DNA from: Octopus vulgaris | Lineage: Eukaryota | Reading direction: 5' to 3' | Length of the DNA: 64,000 bases | Assembly: GCA_951406725.2 (NCBI GenBank) | Contig: OX597816.1 | Location: 136,896,001-136,960,000, forward strand | Translations under genes and position numbers: made by a program | Shown here: positions 52,013 through 64,000 of the stretch, in pieces | Numbering within the stretch: the stretch's first letter is position 1 | Layout: each line of letters opens with the position of its first letter | Notes under the pieces: model-generated | Databases searched by the model: none | The model's input: the letters and a program-made list of their open reading frames with translations, nothing else | Told to the model about the DNA's origin: nothing

Positions 52013-52820
52013 AAATTTAGAGGACTGACGACTAAAAAATGGACAGCCTATATGCTAGATATAGACGTCAAAATCGCCATTTTCCACGAAGAATGTGTTC
52101 TCAAGAAAAAAATCAGCAAAGAAACCAAGGTGTAAAAATAAGCAAGACAAATGAAAATATACGAAATAAAAAAAAACATTACTTATGTACTAATTAGTTT
52201 CACTTGTTAATATTTACGTATATGGATACGCAAACATCTGCAAGATCATCAGCATAATCTGTCGTTTACAAAACACAATTTGCAGAACTTGATACAGAAC
52301 GCTCGACCGAAATCCAGCATGTATAAAGTTCCACAAATTATATTTATGTGTATCTTTGGCGCGCTGAGATCGGAAATTACCCTGCAGTTAATAAACTACA
52401 GCAGTCAATTTACCGACTAGAGAACATTTTTCTTTTTATTCAAAATTTTTTATTTAAAATTTTTATTTCGTAGATTATGTTGACAACTATAGGCAATAGA
52501 AATAAAATTAACTACTTTTAGCCATAGGCTGAAACAGCTGTAAGAAGTAATTTTAATGATTTCAATAATTTATATTATGACTTTTATAATTTGTATTCTT
52601 ATCTTATATGTATTGAATTATAAGATATATATGTATGCTATTGAGGTTCTCATTTTGTTAAATGAATAAATAAATAATCCAACATTCTAATATCCGAAAG
52701 TTGATGAACAAACTAAATTTGTTTCTCCATTTTCTTATTTGTATTATACACACACACACATACATGCATACATACATACATACATACATACATACATACA
52801 TACATACATACATACATACA

Positions 52821-52902
<82 letters not shown>

Positions 52903-53049
52903 GAAATAGAAAGATGAATAATCTTGTTGCAGATTAATCAAAAGTTTAACCGATACCTTGGTAGCAAAAATCACAGCAGAAGACAGCACGGTTGGAGGTA
53001 CAACCATATGGTGTTGCAACCGTGCGTTGGTGCGGATAATTGAATTTTA

Positions 53050-53782
53050 ATATTATTGGTGAATTGAAGAAATGGAGTTGAACGAAGATTGAACAGAAAT
53101 CGTTTTATTGCATTCTACACGTGTTTCGAAAGGCACAATTTACCACATTCCGATTGAATAAGGAGACCATAAAGTTCTGACTATTTAAAGAATATTAGGT
53201 GTATTATATGGGGCGTTTGATCACGTGGCCGTCAGTTGGTAAACAGCCCTACACAATGGTCACTGCCACCCGACGGATTTTATAGCAGTGACCATTGTGT
53301 AGGGCTGTTTACCAACTGACGGCCACGTGATCAAACGCACATACGAACACATAGAACAGTACACACACACATGTTTCTAAGTAGATTTTGTCTCGCCCCA
53401 TATAATACACCTAATATTCTTTAAATAGTCAGAACTTTAGTCTCGGTCACAAAGAACATCTAAGCACCCTGTGCTCCCACCCACCGGGATGACCGCTGCC
53501 TGACCCGTTAAAACCTTCAACGCACCCACCACCAGTTTTCAACATACATTCATAAACAGTTTGGCCATGGGCTCTTAGGAGCCTCGTTCGATTTGTTTTG
53601 CTCCACCTCTGTTCTGTTTTTGTTTTTTCCAACGGATTTCCTATTTCTTCCTGAAGAGAAAGACACAATATGGTCTCCTTATTCAATCGGAATTTGGCAA
53701 ATTGTGCCTTTCGAAACACGTGTAGAATGCAATAAAACGATTTCTGTTCAATCTTCGTTCAACTCCATTTCTTCAATTCACT

Positions 53783-53790
<8 letters not shown>
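53050..53790. repeat. Nested fold-back element (Penelope-like pseudo-LTR relic)
   Basis: Outer arms 53050-53170 / 53670-53790; middle arms 53171-53215 / 53394-53438; inner arms 53213-53267 / 53285-53338. Confidence 0.9.
53648..53727 (+). ncRNA. Type I hammerhead ribozyme (minimal, Penelope-like, long stem II)
   Basis: Stem I ttc/gaa; core CTGAAGA 53651-53657; stem II gaaag.cacaat / attgtg.ctttc; GAAA 53713-53716; palindromic stem III ACACGTGT; cleavage triplet GTA (53722-53724). Confidence 0.75.
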
Positions 53791-53840
<50 letters not shown>

Positions 53841-53843
<3 letters not shown>

Positions 53844-55015
53844 GCCATCCCACAAGTTCTGTCCGAATTTTGAATAAAGTAAACAAGTGATCAAATGTTA
53901 TATTTAATTGAAATTTAATCATCAATGTACTTTCCCTGATTATCTATGACTTCCTTCCATCAATTTACAAACTGTTTAATCCCATCAATGTAAAACTCTT
54001 TTGGTTTCAAAGCGAAGAACTCTGAAATGTTAGTTTCGACGTCCTCCTGGCTTGCGAAAGTTATGTCCCCCAAATGATTCTATGATTCTGTAAACTACGA
54101 AACAAAAGGTAGTCTGAAGGAGCAAGGCCAGGAGAATAAGGTGGATGAGAAATTTTTTCCCAACCAAGCACTTCGATCTTCTGTGATGTGATCTTTACAG
54201 TGAGGGGTCCTGGTGAAATGTCACTCCTTTTTGATTCATTAAAGCGGGTCTTTTTTTCTTCAAAGCTTGTTTCAAACGCTCTAATTGCTGAGAGTAGACT
54301 TGAGTATTGATTGTTGCATTAGGTGGCAACAATTCAAAGTGAATTACTCCTTTGCAATCCCACCAGATAGAGAGAAGAAACTTTCTCTTCTCGGTTGTGG
54401 TTGAGCATCATTTTCCGCCCCCAAGCCACTGATTACGACGTTTCGATAGAAGATCCATTTTTTTCGTCACCAGTCACAAGTCTATCCAAAAAGGGTGAAA
54501 TGAGTTTGCGAGAATGGAGAGAAGAGCAGATGTCAACTCGGGATTTGCGGATGCTTTTGGACAATTCATGAGGCATCCATTTTCCGAGTTTAGGAACCTT
54601 TTCAAGTTGTTGAAGATGACGATGAACAGTTGTATGGTTTGAACTAAGCTTTATTGCCAATTCTTCAACTGATATTGCAAGATTTTCTTTAAGTAATGAC
54701 TCAAGGAGCTTATCATCAAACTCAACTGGACGTCCTGTTCGATCTTTATCTTCAAGGCTGAAATCGCCACTTCCTCTGAATTTTGCAAACCATCTTCTGC
54801 AAGTTCTTTCATTCAAGCGTTCTTTCTCATAAGCTGAGTGTATGTTTCGAGTCACTTCGGCTGCAGAGTTTCCTTTTTTGTACTTATAAAGCATTAAGTG
54901 CCTCAAATGCTCTTTGGATACTTCCATGTTAGAAAGGGTTTAATCAAAGAAATTTTAATTCTATTATTCCGTAAAATAATATTTAATTAGTTTAAATGTA
55001 CACAAATACATAAAA
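53841..55015 (-). mobile_element. Mariner (DD34D-type) transposon, 5' end disrupted
   Basis: ORF 54433-54927 (N-terminal HTH, RWFAKF, WMPHELS, VTGDEK); downstream YSPGLAPSDYLLF; TIR caggccatcccacaagttctgtccga after (TA)n. Confidence 0.88.
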
Positions 55016-55019
55016 ATAA

Positions 55020-57545
55020 TCCTTGTGGATTAGCACGAGTGCCTTTTCACACTCCTTTTGCCACTCAGTCAGATTCCGTCTTTTAATGAAACCGGGTTTA
55101 AATCACTCCAAAGAAGCTGGTCACCAAAAGAATTCCCCCACCAGCGGATTCCACACTTGGTCATCTTCCAGGTAGAGCCAGAGATGCCTTAGCCTCAGCG
55201 CATGTCTGCACATCATTAACCAGAGCATACCTAACCCACTCTTTAGCGGTTCCAGGCAGCCAACGGAGCGCCTCACAAGTGGCTTTCCTTCCTTCCACAT
55301 CAAGCGGAAGAGAAGGCTGTCCAACCTGCTTAGACACGAGTCGGGGTAAGGCAGTGGGTGATTACAATTGCAATAAACACCTGTACCACCTCCGCTCTTC
55401 CTTTCAGAGACAGAGCCCATCCAGACCAAGTCCGGACTAGGGCCTCCATCCAATCTGCCACGTCAATCCAATTCTTCTCCGTCTGGGAGTCTGGTCCAAA
55501 TCAAACTCCAAGCAAATTAACATGACCATCTGTCCAGTGACCCACGACAATGGACAATATCGACTTGCCCCTCCAGGTGCCGAGACGCAAGCCAATGGAC
55601 TTGTCCTTGTTAACTTTTTCCCCTGCCACCGCCTCGTATCCTTTGATAGCGCCCTCTACACAAAGTAGCTGAGCCTCATTGGACACGGTGACGGTGACGT
55701 CATCCGCATAAACAGAGACCGACTTACCGCATCCGATTTCATTGGGGGTGCGTCCCAAATTCTCCAACTTCTGCAGTAATGGCTCAAGACAACACGTACA
55801 GAAGCGGAAACAGGGGACAACCTTGACGAACTGAGCACTTGATCGAAAACGGCTCCGACAGGTAGCCGTTTATCTGGACAGTGGATTGGATGCTGTTTTA
55901 CATTGCGGAGATCCACCTACGAAAGTCCCGGCCCAGCCCAGACGCTTCGAGGACTGCCACCAGGTACTGGTGGTCTACCCTATCAAACACTTTACTTTAG
56001 TCTAAATGGACAAGTGCCCCACTTTTGCCGGTTAATTTACCCAACCTGTCTAATGTGTAGTGTATAAGGTGAAGATTGTCCTGCCTGGAATGGCGCATGT
56101 CTGCTCCTTCCCTATAAGATTCTCCACGACACACGTCAACCTTGTTGTTAACACTTTGGCTAAATTCTTTAACTCTACATTGAGTTGAATTATGGACCTG
56201 TAATTATTTATACTGTCCCCCTTGCTCGGGTCCTTCTGGATCAGCGTCACCACTCCCGGCTCACAGAGCTGGGAATCCTCCCATTCTTTTGTCAGTTTGT
56301 GTAGACGCCGGCGAGCAGGTCCCCGAACAAGTCCGGCATGCATAGGGTAGAACATCCAGCTTTGACGACTTGGCCCCGATACACTCAGCCAACACCTCTT
56401 TGACTTCCACAGGTGTAATCGGTCCTTCACAGCATTCCGCCTCACGTGCCGAGAGTCGAGGTCCACCGGTGAGGGAGCCCTCTAGGGACTCCCCATGCTC
56501 GAGCGCGTCGCTCTACCCAAACAACCGGGCGAAATACTGGTGAAAGGTCTTTTGCATCTTTTCCTGACCATAGTTTGTTAGTTAAAGACTTTATAGAGGC
56601 TTTTTTGCCCCTCTGAAACTCCACACGACGGGCCCATCCGGTAACGTTAATACCTTCTCAGCTCAATGCACGTAGCTTAGCTCTAACTCTGCAGCTTTCG
56701 TTTTTGGCTTTGAGGTGACGGTACAAGACCGTTCTCGCCGTCAGCACTTCATTCTTAACTAGTTCCCTTTCTATTCTAGATCTATCTAAACTTAGCTGAT
56801 TGTTAAATCTAGTAGACTCTAAACGAATGTCTCTCTTGAGGGCATGCCACCATCTATTATTAATGATGGCGTCACATAGTGCCCTCTGTACTAAATCCTT
56901 AATCCAGGCACAGAAGGCTTCTCAAGCCAAAATAAACTTGTTCATCTTCCAGTACCCGGGTCCCTGTCTATGACATATATCTATATGCACTTTACACGTC
57001 ACAAATTTGTGATCCGTGTAAGGTACAATACAAAATTGTGGACAACTAAAAGTATTCCTATCTCTTTCTCTAATGAATAACCTGTCTATATAAGATCTGT
57101 GTGAGCCGTCCACTGTGGAACGTTCGGCTCATCCAGTCTGTAATAGTCTACTAGATTATAGCTCTCTAGTAGACCCTTGAGGCCGTGATTTCCGCTCCTA
57201 TCAGTCGAGCCAACACTATCCACCCATGCATCGAGGATAGTGCTAAAGTATCCTAACAGAACTACTGTTTTTGACGTCACTAGAAAGTGCTCTAGGTCTC
57301 GATAAAAACCAGATTGCCTACACTCCTTAGGAGCATAGACAGCTACCAATCTGAAGGCCTGTTTACTCTCGTGGGTCACATCTAGGATGACCAGCTTACC
57401 TTCTGGGTCCAGAAAGAATGTACTTACCTGTAAGTCCAAGGTCTTCCTGAGTAGGACCACCACGTCCTCTCCTCCTTGTCTGCTAGAGATGATAGTTGCT
57501 CGCTTCTGCACGCAATATATATACTTAAAGCGAACACAGAGTCGC
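55020..57545 (-). mobile_element. Degenerate Tx1/L1 LINE (APE + RT)
   Basis: LVAVYAP, YIDRLF, TDHKFV, GPGYWKMN, NYRSIIQLN, SVYADDVTV. Confidence 0.88.
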
Positions 57546-57618
57546 TGATTTTACAAGAAGCAGAAATGCTAGTTCTAAAATCTCTCTTAGAGATCAATAC
57601 AGTAGTTGTACTGACAAA

Positions 57619-57787
57619 TAATATTCGTAGCCATTTTAACGTGGCTGTCCGTTCGAGAGGACTCTACTGCAATTTTGTAACTCCAAAAGGACATCTTTAG
57701 CTAGTTAAAACATCTCCTTTAGGGGTTAAAAAATTACAGTAGAGTCCGCTCAAACGGACAGCCATATTAAAGTGGCTGCGAATATTT
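57619..57787. repeat. Inverted repeat (~80-bp arms)
   Basis: aatattcgtagcca...aaaggacat / atctcctttagg...tggctgcgaatatt. A second hairpin follows at 57822-57909. Confidence 0.8.
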
Positions 57788-58000
57788 CCAACAGACACAC
57801 AATAAACACGTATACAATAATAATATATCTCCACAGACAATAATACTCGCAACTCACATAGGCAAAAAGAAAAAAAAATAACGAGTATTACTGTCTGTGG
57901 AGATATATTGTAGTAAAAGAATGAGTAGTTTTTGACTGCTATTTCTAAATTTTCGGTATGTAGTGAAGTAACTTTTTGCTAATCCCTTAGTTATATATAT

Positions 58001-58160
58001 ATGACGGCCTTCTTTCAGTTTCCATCTACCAATCCACTCACAAAGCTTTGGTCGGCCCGAGGCTATAGTAGAAGACACTTTCCCAAGATACTACGCAGTG
58101 GAACTGAACTTGGAACCATGTGGTTGGTAAGCAAGCTACTTACCACTCAGTCATTCTTGG
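58001..58160 (-). mobile_element. SINE family A, 5' half
   Basis: Reverse complement of the family A head and core. Confidence 0.8.
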
Positions 58161-58399
58161 GCCTAAGATACTTTTATTTGTAATTCCCAGCGTGACACCA
58201 TATCTGGTTCTTTGAAATACAAGTACGTTTCCATTGTTTCTGTCGACTCACTTTCGTTCACAAGAGTTGTGGCTAAAACCTCGTAATTGCGAAGCAAACA
58301 TCTTTTACTCGGTATTCTTGATCAAAATGTATGGAGAAAAAAAACAAAAGAGACAGAGAGAAAGAAAGAAAGAAAGAAGAGAAAGAAAGAGAGAGAAAG

Positions 58400-58463
<64 letters not shown>

Positions 58464-59041
58464 CGAGAGAGAGACATGCGAAGGAAGTACGACGGCAGCC
58501 ATTTACATTTCGACAAATGAGAAAAACAGCCTTATGCTTTTTTTAGATTTTATTATTTTTTAAACTTTCCCACGATTATTTTGTTATTGACTGAATTTGT
58601 TGATTAGTAAATTGTTCATTTGACACTATTCTTTTTATTCCCTCCTTGTTTACTCTTTGTTTTGTACCACTTCAGCGACATCAGTTGCCATTTAATTTTT
58701 TTGTATTTTCCTTTTTTCGCCCTTGAACAACAAACAACAACAAAAAAAATTCGCAAAAAACATGTGAACAGGATTGATCGATCAATAGCTATAAAGAATA
58801 CAAACCTCCCTCCACACGGTTTGTATATTATTGTAAACAACTGTGAAACGAAGTTATCGTATGACTTCATAAGGCAAAGAGCGAAAAACAACTAAGGCAG
58901 GTACATCTATGTATGTATGTATGTATGTATGTATGTATGTATGTATGTATGTATGTATGTATGTATGTATGTATGTATGTATGTATGTATGTGTGTGTGT
59001 GTGCGCGCGTGCGTGCGTACATATATATATATATATATATA

Positions 59042-60859
59042 GATGAAGGGGATTTTTCCTTGTGTAGTATGTCCTGTACTCTGTTTTTCTGTTGTAAAAA
59101 AATGGTTTTTCCGTTTTCATTTCTCGTTGAGTTCTACGTCTCTGTTTTTCTGTTGTAAAAAAATGGTTTTCGTTTCTCGTTGAGTTCTACGTCTAGTTGT
59201 GGTGTCCTGTACTCACGTATATATATATTTATATATGCATGTATATATACATGTAGATGTAGGTACGTACATATGTTTGTATGTATGCATATATTTTATT
59301 TATTACACTATTGTTTGACAGCGCCCTCGCGTCGGTTCGATTCGATTCGTTCGCTTCGTTCCGTTCTTATTCTCCCAGTACTGTTTTATATATAATTATG
59401 ACGCGAAATTCCTTATCTCTTTGCTTTACCTTCCCTTCTCTCTCACTCTTCCTCATCTCTCTCTCAGCCGCTTGTCTTCCTCTATCTCTCTCTCTCTCAC
59501 TCCTCCTCATCTTTGTCACTGCTAGCCAAAACTACTTCCTTTTACACACGGCCTTCAAACTGTAAAGACACACATTTGTGTTCCCATGCGCTGCAAGAAT
59601 CTCCTCCGTCTAAGCCAGAAAAAGGCCTTTTCGTTTGTTTTCTTGTTTATTTTTATTTCTCGTATTGTATTTTCTTGTACACGTATTTTTATCTTGTATT
59701 TTATTTTGTAGTTTTATTTGTATCGTTTTTACGTCTTGTTTGTGGTACATTTTCTTCTTGCTTGTTTTTACCCCTCTGCGAGGTAATTTTATTTTAATTC
59801 TCTCGCAGGAAGGATTAGTTTGGCGAGTCGTGTTCTGTCTTGCCTTCGAAACACGCTAGAGTCGAACTAGTGACAGCTGATGAAGGGGATTTTTCCTTGT
59901 GTAGTATGTCCTGTACTCTGTTTTTCTGTTGTAAAAAAATGGTTTTTCCGTTTCTCGTTGTGTTCTACGTCTAGTTGTGGTGTCCTGTACTCACGTATAT
60001 ATATTTATATATGCATGTATATATACATGTAGATGTAGGTACGTACATATGTTTGTATGTATGCATATATTTTATTTATTACACTATTGTTTGACAGCGC
60101 CCTCGCGTCGGTTCGATTCGATTCGTTCGCTTCGTTCCGTTCTTATTCTCCCAGTACTGTTTTATATATAATTATGACGCGAAATTCCTTATCTCTTTGC
60201 TTTACCTTCCCTTCTCTCTCACTCTTCCTCATCTCTCTCTCAGCCGCTTGTCTTCCTCTATCTCTCTCTCTCTCACTCCTCCTCATCTTTGTCACTGCTA
60301 GCCAAAACTACTTCCTTTTACACACGGCCTTCAAACTGTAAAGACACACATTTGTGTTCCCATGCGCTGCAAGAATCTCCTCCGTCTAAGCCAGAAAAAG
60401 GCCTTTTCGTTTGTTTTCTTGTTTATTTTTATTTCTCGTATTGTATTTTCTTGTACACGTATTTTTATCTTGTATTTTATTTTGTAGTTTTATTTGTATC
60501 GTTTTTACGTCTTGTTTGTGGTACATTTTCTTCTTGCTTGTTTTTACCCCTCTGCGAGGTAATTTTATTTTAATTCTCTCGCAGGAAGGATTAGTTTGGC
60601 GAGTCGTGTTCTGTCTTGCCTTCGAAACACGCTAGAGTCGAACTAGTGACAGCTGATGAAGGGGATTTTTCCTTGTGTAGTATGTCCTGTACTCTGTTTT
60701 TCTGTTGTAAAAAAATGGTTTTTCCGTTTCTCGTTGTGTTCTACGTCTAGTTGTGGTGTCCTGTACTCACGTATATATATTTATATATGCATGTATATAT
60801 ACATGTAGATGTAGGTACGTACATATATGTTTGTATGTATGCATATATTTTATTTATTA

Positions 60860-60899
<40 letters not shown>

Positions 60900-61358
60900 G
60901 TACTTGGAGAATAAGAACGGAATGAAACGAACGAATCGAATCGAACCGACGCGAGGGCGCTGTCAAACAATAGTGTAATAAATAAAATATATGCATACAT
61001 ACAAACATATATGTACGTACCTACATCTACATGTATATATACATGCATATATAAATATATATACGTGAGTACAGGACACCACAACTAGACGTAGAACTCA
61101 ACGAGAAACGAAAACGGAAAAACAAGCATGGAACAAACCATTTTTTTACAACAGAAAAACAGAGTACAAGACAAACTACACAAGGAAAAATCCCCTTCAT
61201 CAGCTGTCTCTAGTTCAACTCTAGAGTGTTTCGAAGGTAAGACAGAACACGACTCGTAAAACTAGCCCTTCCTGCGAGAGAATTAAAATAAAATTATTTC
61301 GCAGAGGGGTAAAAACAAAGAAAGAAAAAAATGTAACTCAAACAGGACGTAAAAACGA
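59042..61358. repeat. Tandem array of 776-bp units (~2.3 copies) followed by an inverted partial copy
   Basis: ctgatgaagggg at 59877 and 60653 (period 776); identical ORF translations offset by 776; after (TA)n, 60890-61358 is a reverse-complement copy. Confidence 0.92.
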
Positions 61359-61595
61359 TATATATATGTGTGTGTGTGTGTGTATGTATGTATATATATA
61401 TAAAGTTAATCAAAACATGAAAACACAAAGAGAAAACACAACAACGCTAGGATGTGGAACAAATATAGTATTATTGGACGCTCAGGAAAGAAGGAGGGTT
61501 TAACATTTCGTCAGAAACATGGGAGAAGGAAAGATCCAGAGAAGGGAAGACAGAGGGAAAAAAATCGTCAACAGTCCACACGCGGTCACATTTTG

Positions 61596-61632
<37 letters not shown>

Positions 61633-61825
61633 GTATGTATAATTTAAATAATAAGGGAGATAAATTGAATATTAATTTAATTAATATCAATTTAAAACCA
61701 GTAGCCTAGCATACAAAAATCTGAAAAATCAGAGAAAATTGTAATACGTGTATATTTGAAGGGCAAAACCACTAGGTGGTTGGGCCGTATGCTAGAAGTA
61801 GATCACCTACGATCAAACTTTGATG

Positions 61826-61982
61826 GGTGTGGCCATGTGGTAAGAAGTTAGTTTCCTTACTACACGGTTCTGAGTTCAGTTTCTCTGTCTGGCACCTTAA
61901 GCAAGTATCTTGTACTGTAGCTCCAAGTCAACCAAACACTTGTGAGTGGATTTGGTAGATGGAAACTAGAAAAATCCTGTTT
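61826..61982 (+). mobile_element. SINE family A, degenerate 5' half
   Basis: gtggccatgtggtaag...ggttctgagttcag...gtgagtggatttggtagatggaaact. Confidence 0.7.
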
Positions 61983-62016
61983 TACACACACACATACACA
62001 CACACACATATACACA

Positions 62017-62538
62017 CCATAAATCCTCGAGTATAGTCTGCCCTTGAGTATTATATGCAAGGGATTTTTAGGGGGCTGTACCTCTAAAATATCTAAACAT
62101 TGTGTATAATATGCACCACTTCTCTAACTTGAGTCATGCATAATTAAGCCAGCAGCACCTAGTCAAACAAATACTTCTGCGCATGCGTAATGTAATAATG
62201 GTGATGTTCTTAACTGTTATATGGGAATGTAAATATGTTTGCAAATTGTTTTTGTTACATGTTATTCTGTGTTCTGAATACTTTTATTTTAATAAATGTT
62301 GCTTACTGCAAGTTATGGATGATTCTTTTATGACTTCATTGCTTTCAGGCTTAGCTTAAGGTATTTTCACGCCCGACAGCACAAAATGTGTCTGAATAAA
62401 CATTGCTGGGTAGCAAATAGAGACTCGGACATTGCTTAGAAAATATTTTTCATTTTTAGCCTCGTACATAGTAAGCACTAGAGATTTTGACCTTTAAATT
62501 TTGGGAAAAAATTGCGGATTATACTCAAGAATTTACAG
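62017..62538. mobile_element. pogo/Tigger-like MITE
   Basis: TIRs ccataaatcctcgagtatagtctgc / gcggattatactcaagaatttacag, followed by TA. Confidence 0.65.
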
Positions 62539-63010
62539 TATATATAATCTCTGGTGGGTTTCATCTGGGAAAAATCCTTTTATAGATTAATTGCATTAAA
62601 AATTCACAATATACTTTAGAGCTAAGCACAACAGAATCACTCCAGAAGATCCTGCAAGAGCAACAGATATGTATTTTTCTTTTTTTTTTTTTTTTTTTGG
62701 TTTAATAATGTCACATACTTGTGTCACTTCTAAAATGAAATGAAACCAGCCAGTCTGAAGAATATAGAGATAGTTTATATGATATATGATGGTTTGCAAA
62801 GACACCATACAAACAGAACAAAAGTCAAACTATGCAATAGAAGCTGCTCTATAGTAAAATCTTTATCAATCTAATGTACTTAATGTATATATATCATTGA
62901 AAAACCTTAAGCTGCAGCTTTATGCCCAGAAAAAATCCCTCTATAAATGTATAGTGTTTAAAGATCACAATATACTTCAGAGTTAGGTAAAATGCACACA
63001 CACACACACA

Positions 63011-63078
<68 letters not shown>

Positions 63079-63224
63079 TATACAGACAGGGATAGGCACC
63101 TTGAGTGTCTTCTACTATAGCCCAGGGCCAAACAAATCCATGTGAATAGATATGATAGCAGGAACTGAAAAAAAAAGCCCACCATATATATATATGTGTG
63201 TATATATGTATGTACATATCCTGA

Positions 63225-63738
63225 GGACAGCTGATACCTTGAGTATTGAGGCGATGGTACACGGGCACCGGTTGCGTTAGACTGGACACCTTATTAGAAT
63301 GGAGGATAGAAGGATTCCTAAGCAGATGCTCTATGGAGAACTTGTGAATGGAAGGAGACTCCGGCAGAAACCAAGGCTACGATTTAAGGACTGTGTCAAG
63401 TCCGCGTTAAAGGCTTTTGATATACAGGACACTGACTGGGAGAACAATGCCTGTCATTGCCACAGATGGAGGAAGCAGGTTAAGGAGGGGATCGACACTT
63501 TTGAGAGAGCACATATCCAGCATGAAGAACTTAAGCGAGCTCCGCGAAAGTGCACGGCTCGTATAGTGAATGGGAAAAGCTTGGTCTGCAACGTTTGCAG
63601 TCGTGTATGCTTGTCAAGAGCAGGGCTCATTAGCCACCAACGGAGCCGCAAATGCAAAATATAAGTTAGTCCTAGAGTGCACAATGTTCCTGAAGGTTGG
63701 CAGTGGTCTTCCTCGGTCACGAGTGGACGGCCATCATG
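63225..63738 (+). mobile_element. RTE (BovB-like) LINE 3' fragment
   Basis: GHLIRMEDRRIPKQMLYGEL...RLRFKD...CNVCSRVCLSRAGLISHQR (C-terminal Cys/His motif) and a short 3' UTR. Confidence 0.88.
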
Positions 63739-63792
63739 TTGGTAGGTAGGTACACACATAGATATACATATACATATACACACACACATATA

Positions 63793-63840
<48 letters not shown>

Positions 63841-63928
63841 AATATATACACACACATATATCTATATATCTATATATACATGTATACATATGTATGTATA
63901 TATATATGTACATATGTATATGTATGTG

Positions 63929-63963
<35 letters not shown>

Positions 63964-64000
63964 ATATATTTATATATATACTAGCAGTATCGCCCGGCGT

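Noticed and set aside
59281-60635. Duplicated small hydrophobic ORFs
   Set aside because: Low-complexity T-rich sequence inside the 776-bp tandem unit; no recognisable domain.
62600-62675. Possible small host exon (ELSTTESLQKILQEQQI on +, or ttgcag|GATCTT on -)
   Set aside because: Weak splice signals, the upstream ~60 bp is duplicated near 62930-62985, and there is no homology evidence.

Overview
Repeat-saturated, AT-rich eukaryotic (animal) DNA. The SINE, LINE and microsatellite repertoire points to an octopus (cephalopod) genome; this is an inference. The only host gene I can support is an intact tRNA-Gly(TCC) at 16066-16137, and no host protein-coding exon is convincing. Most of the window is transposon relics: CR1-, RTE-, Tx1/L1- and Hero-type LINEs, Tc1/mariner, hAT-like and pogo-like DNA elements, several Helitrons (one with a Pif1 helicase fragment), two solo LTRs with perfect 5-bp TSDs, and three SINE families. 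Most short ORFs in the track are microsatellite translations. The most striking unexplained signal is a recurring set of sequence-unrelated, ORF-less fold-back (inverted-repeat) elements and a 776-bp tandem array carrying minimal hammerhead-ribozyme motifs (CTGAnGA...GAAAC-palindrome-GTH). One is essentially intact at 53648-53727. The architecture matches Penelope-like pseudo-LTR or retrozyme-type RNA elements. A highly structured ~550-bp non-coding retro-element at 19145-19695 is a second ribozyme/structured-RNA candidate. Boundaries of degenerate relics are approximate and read by eye.
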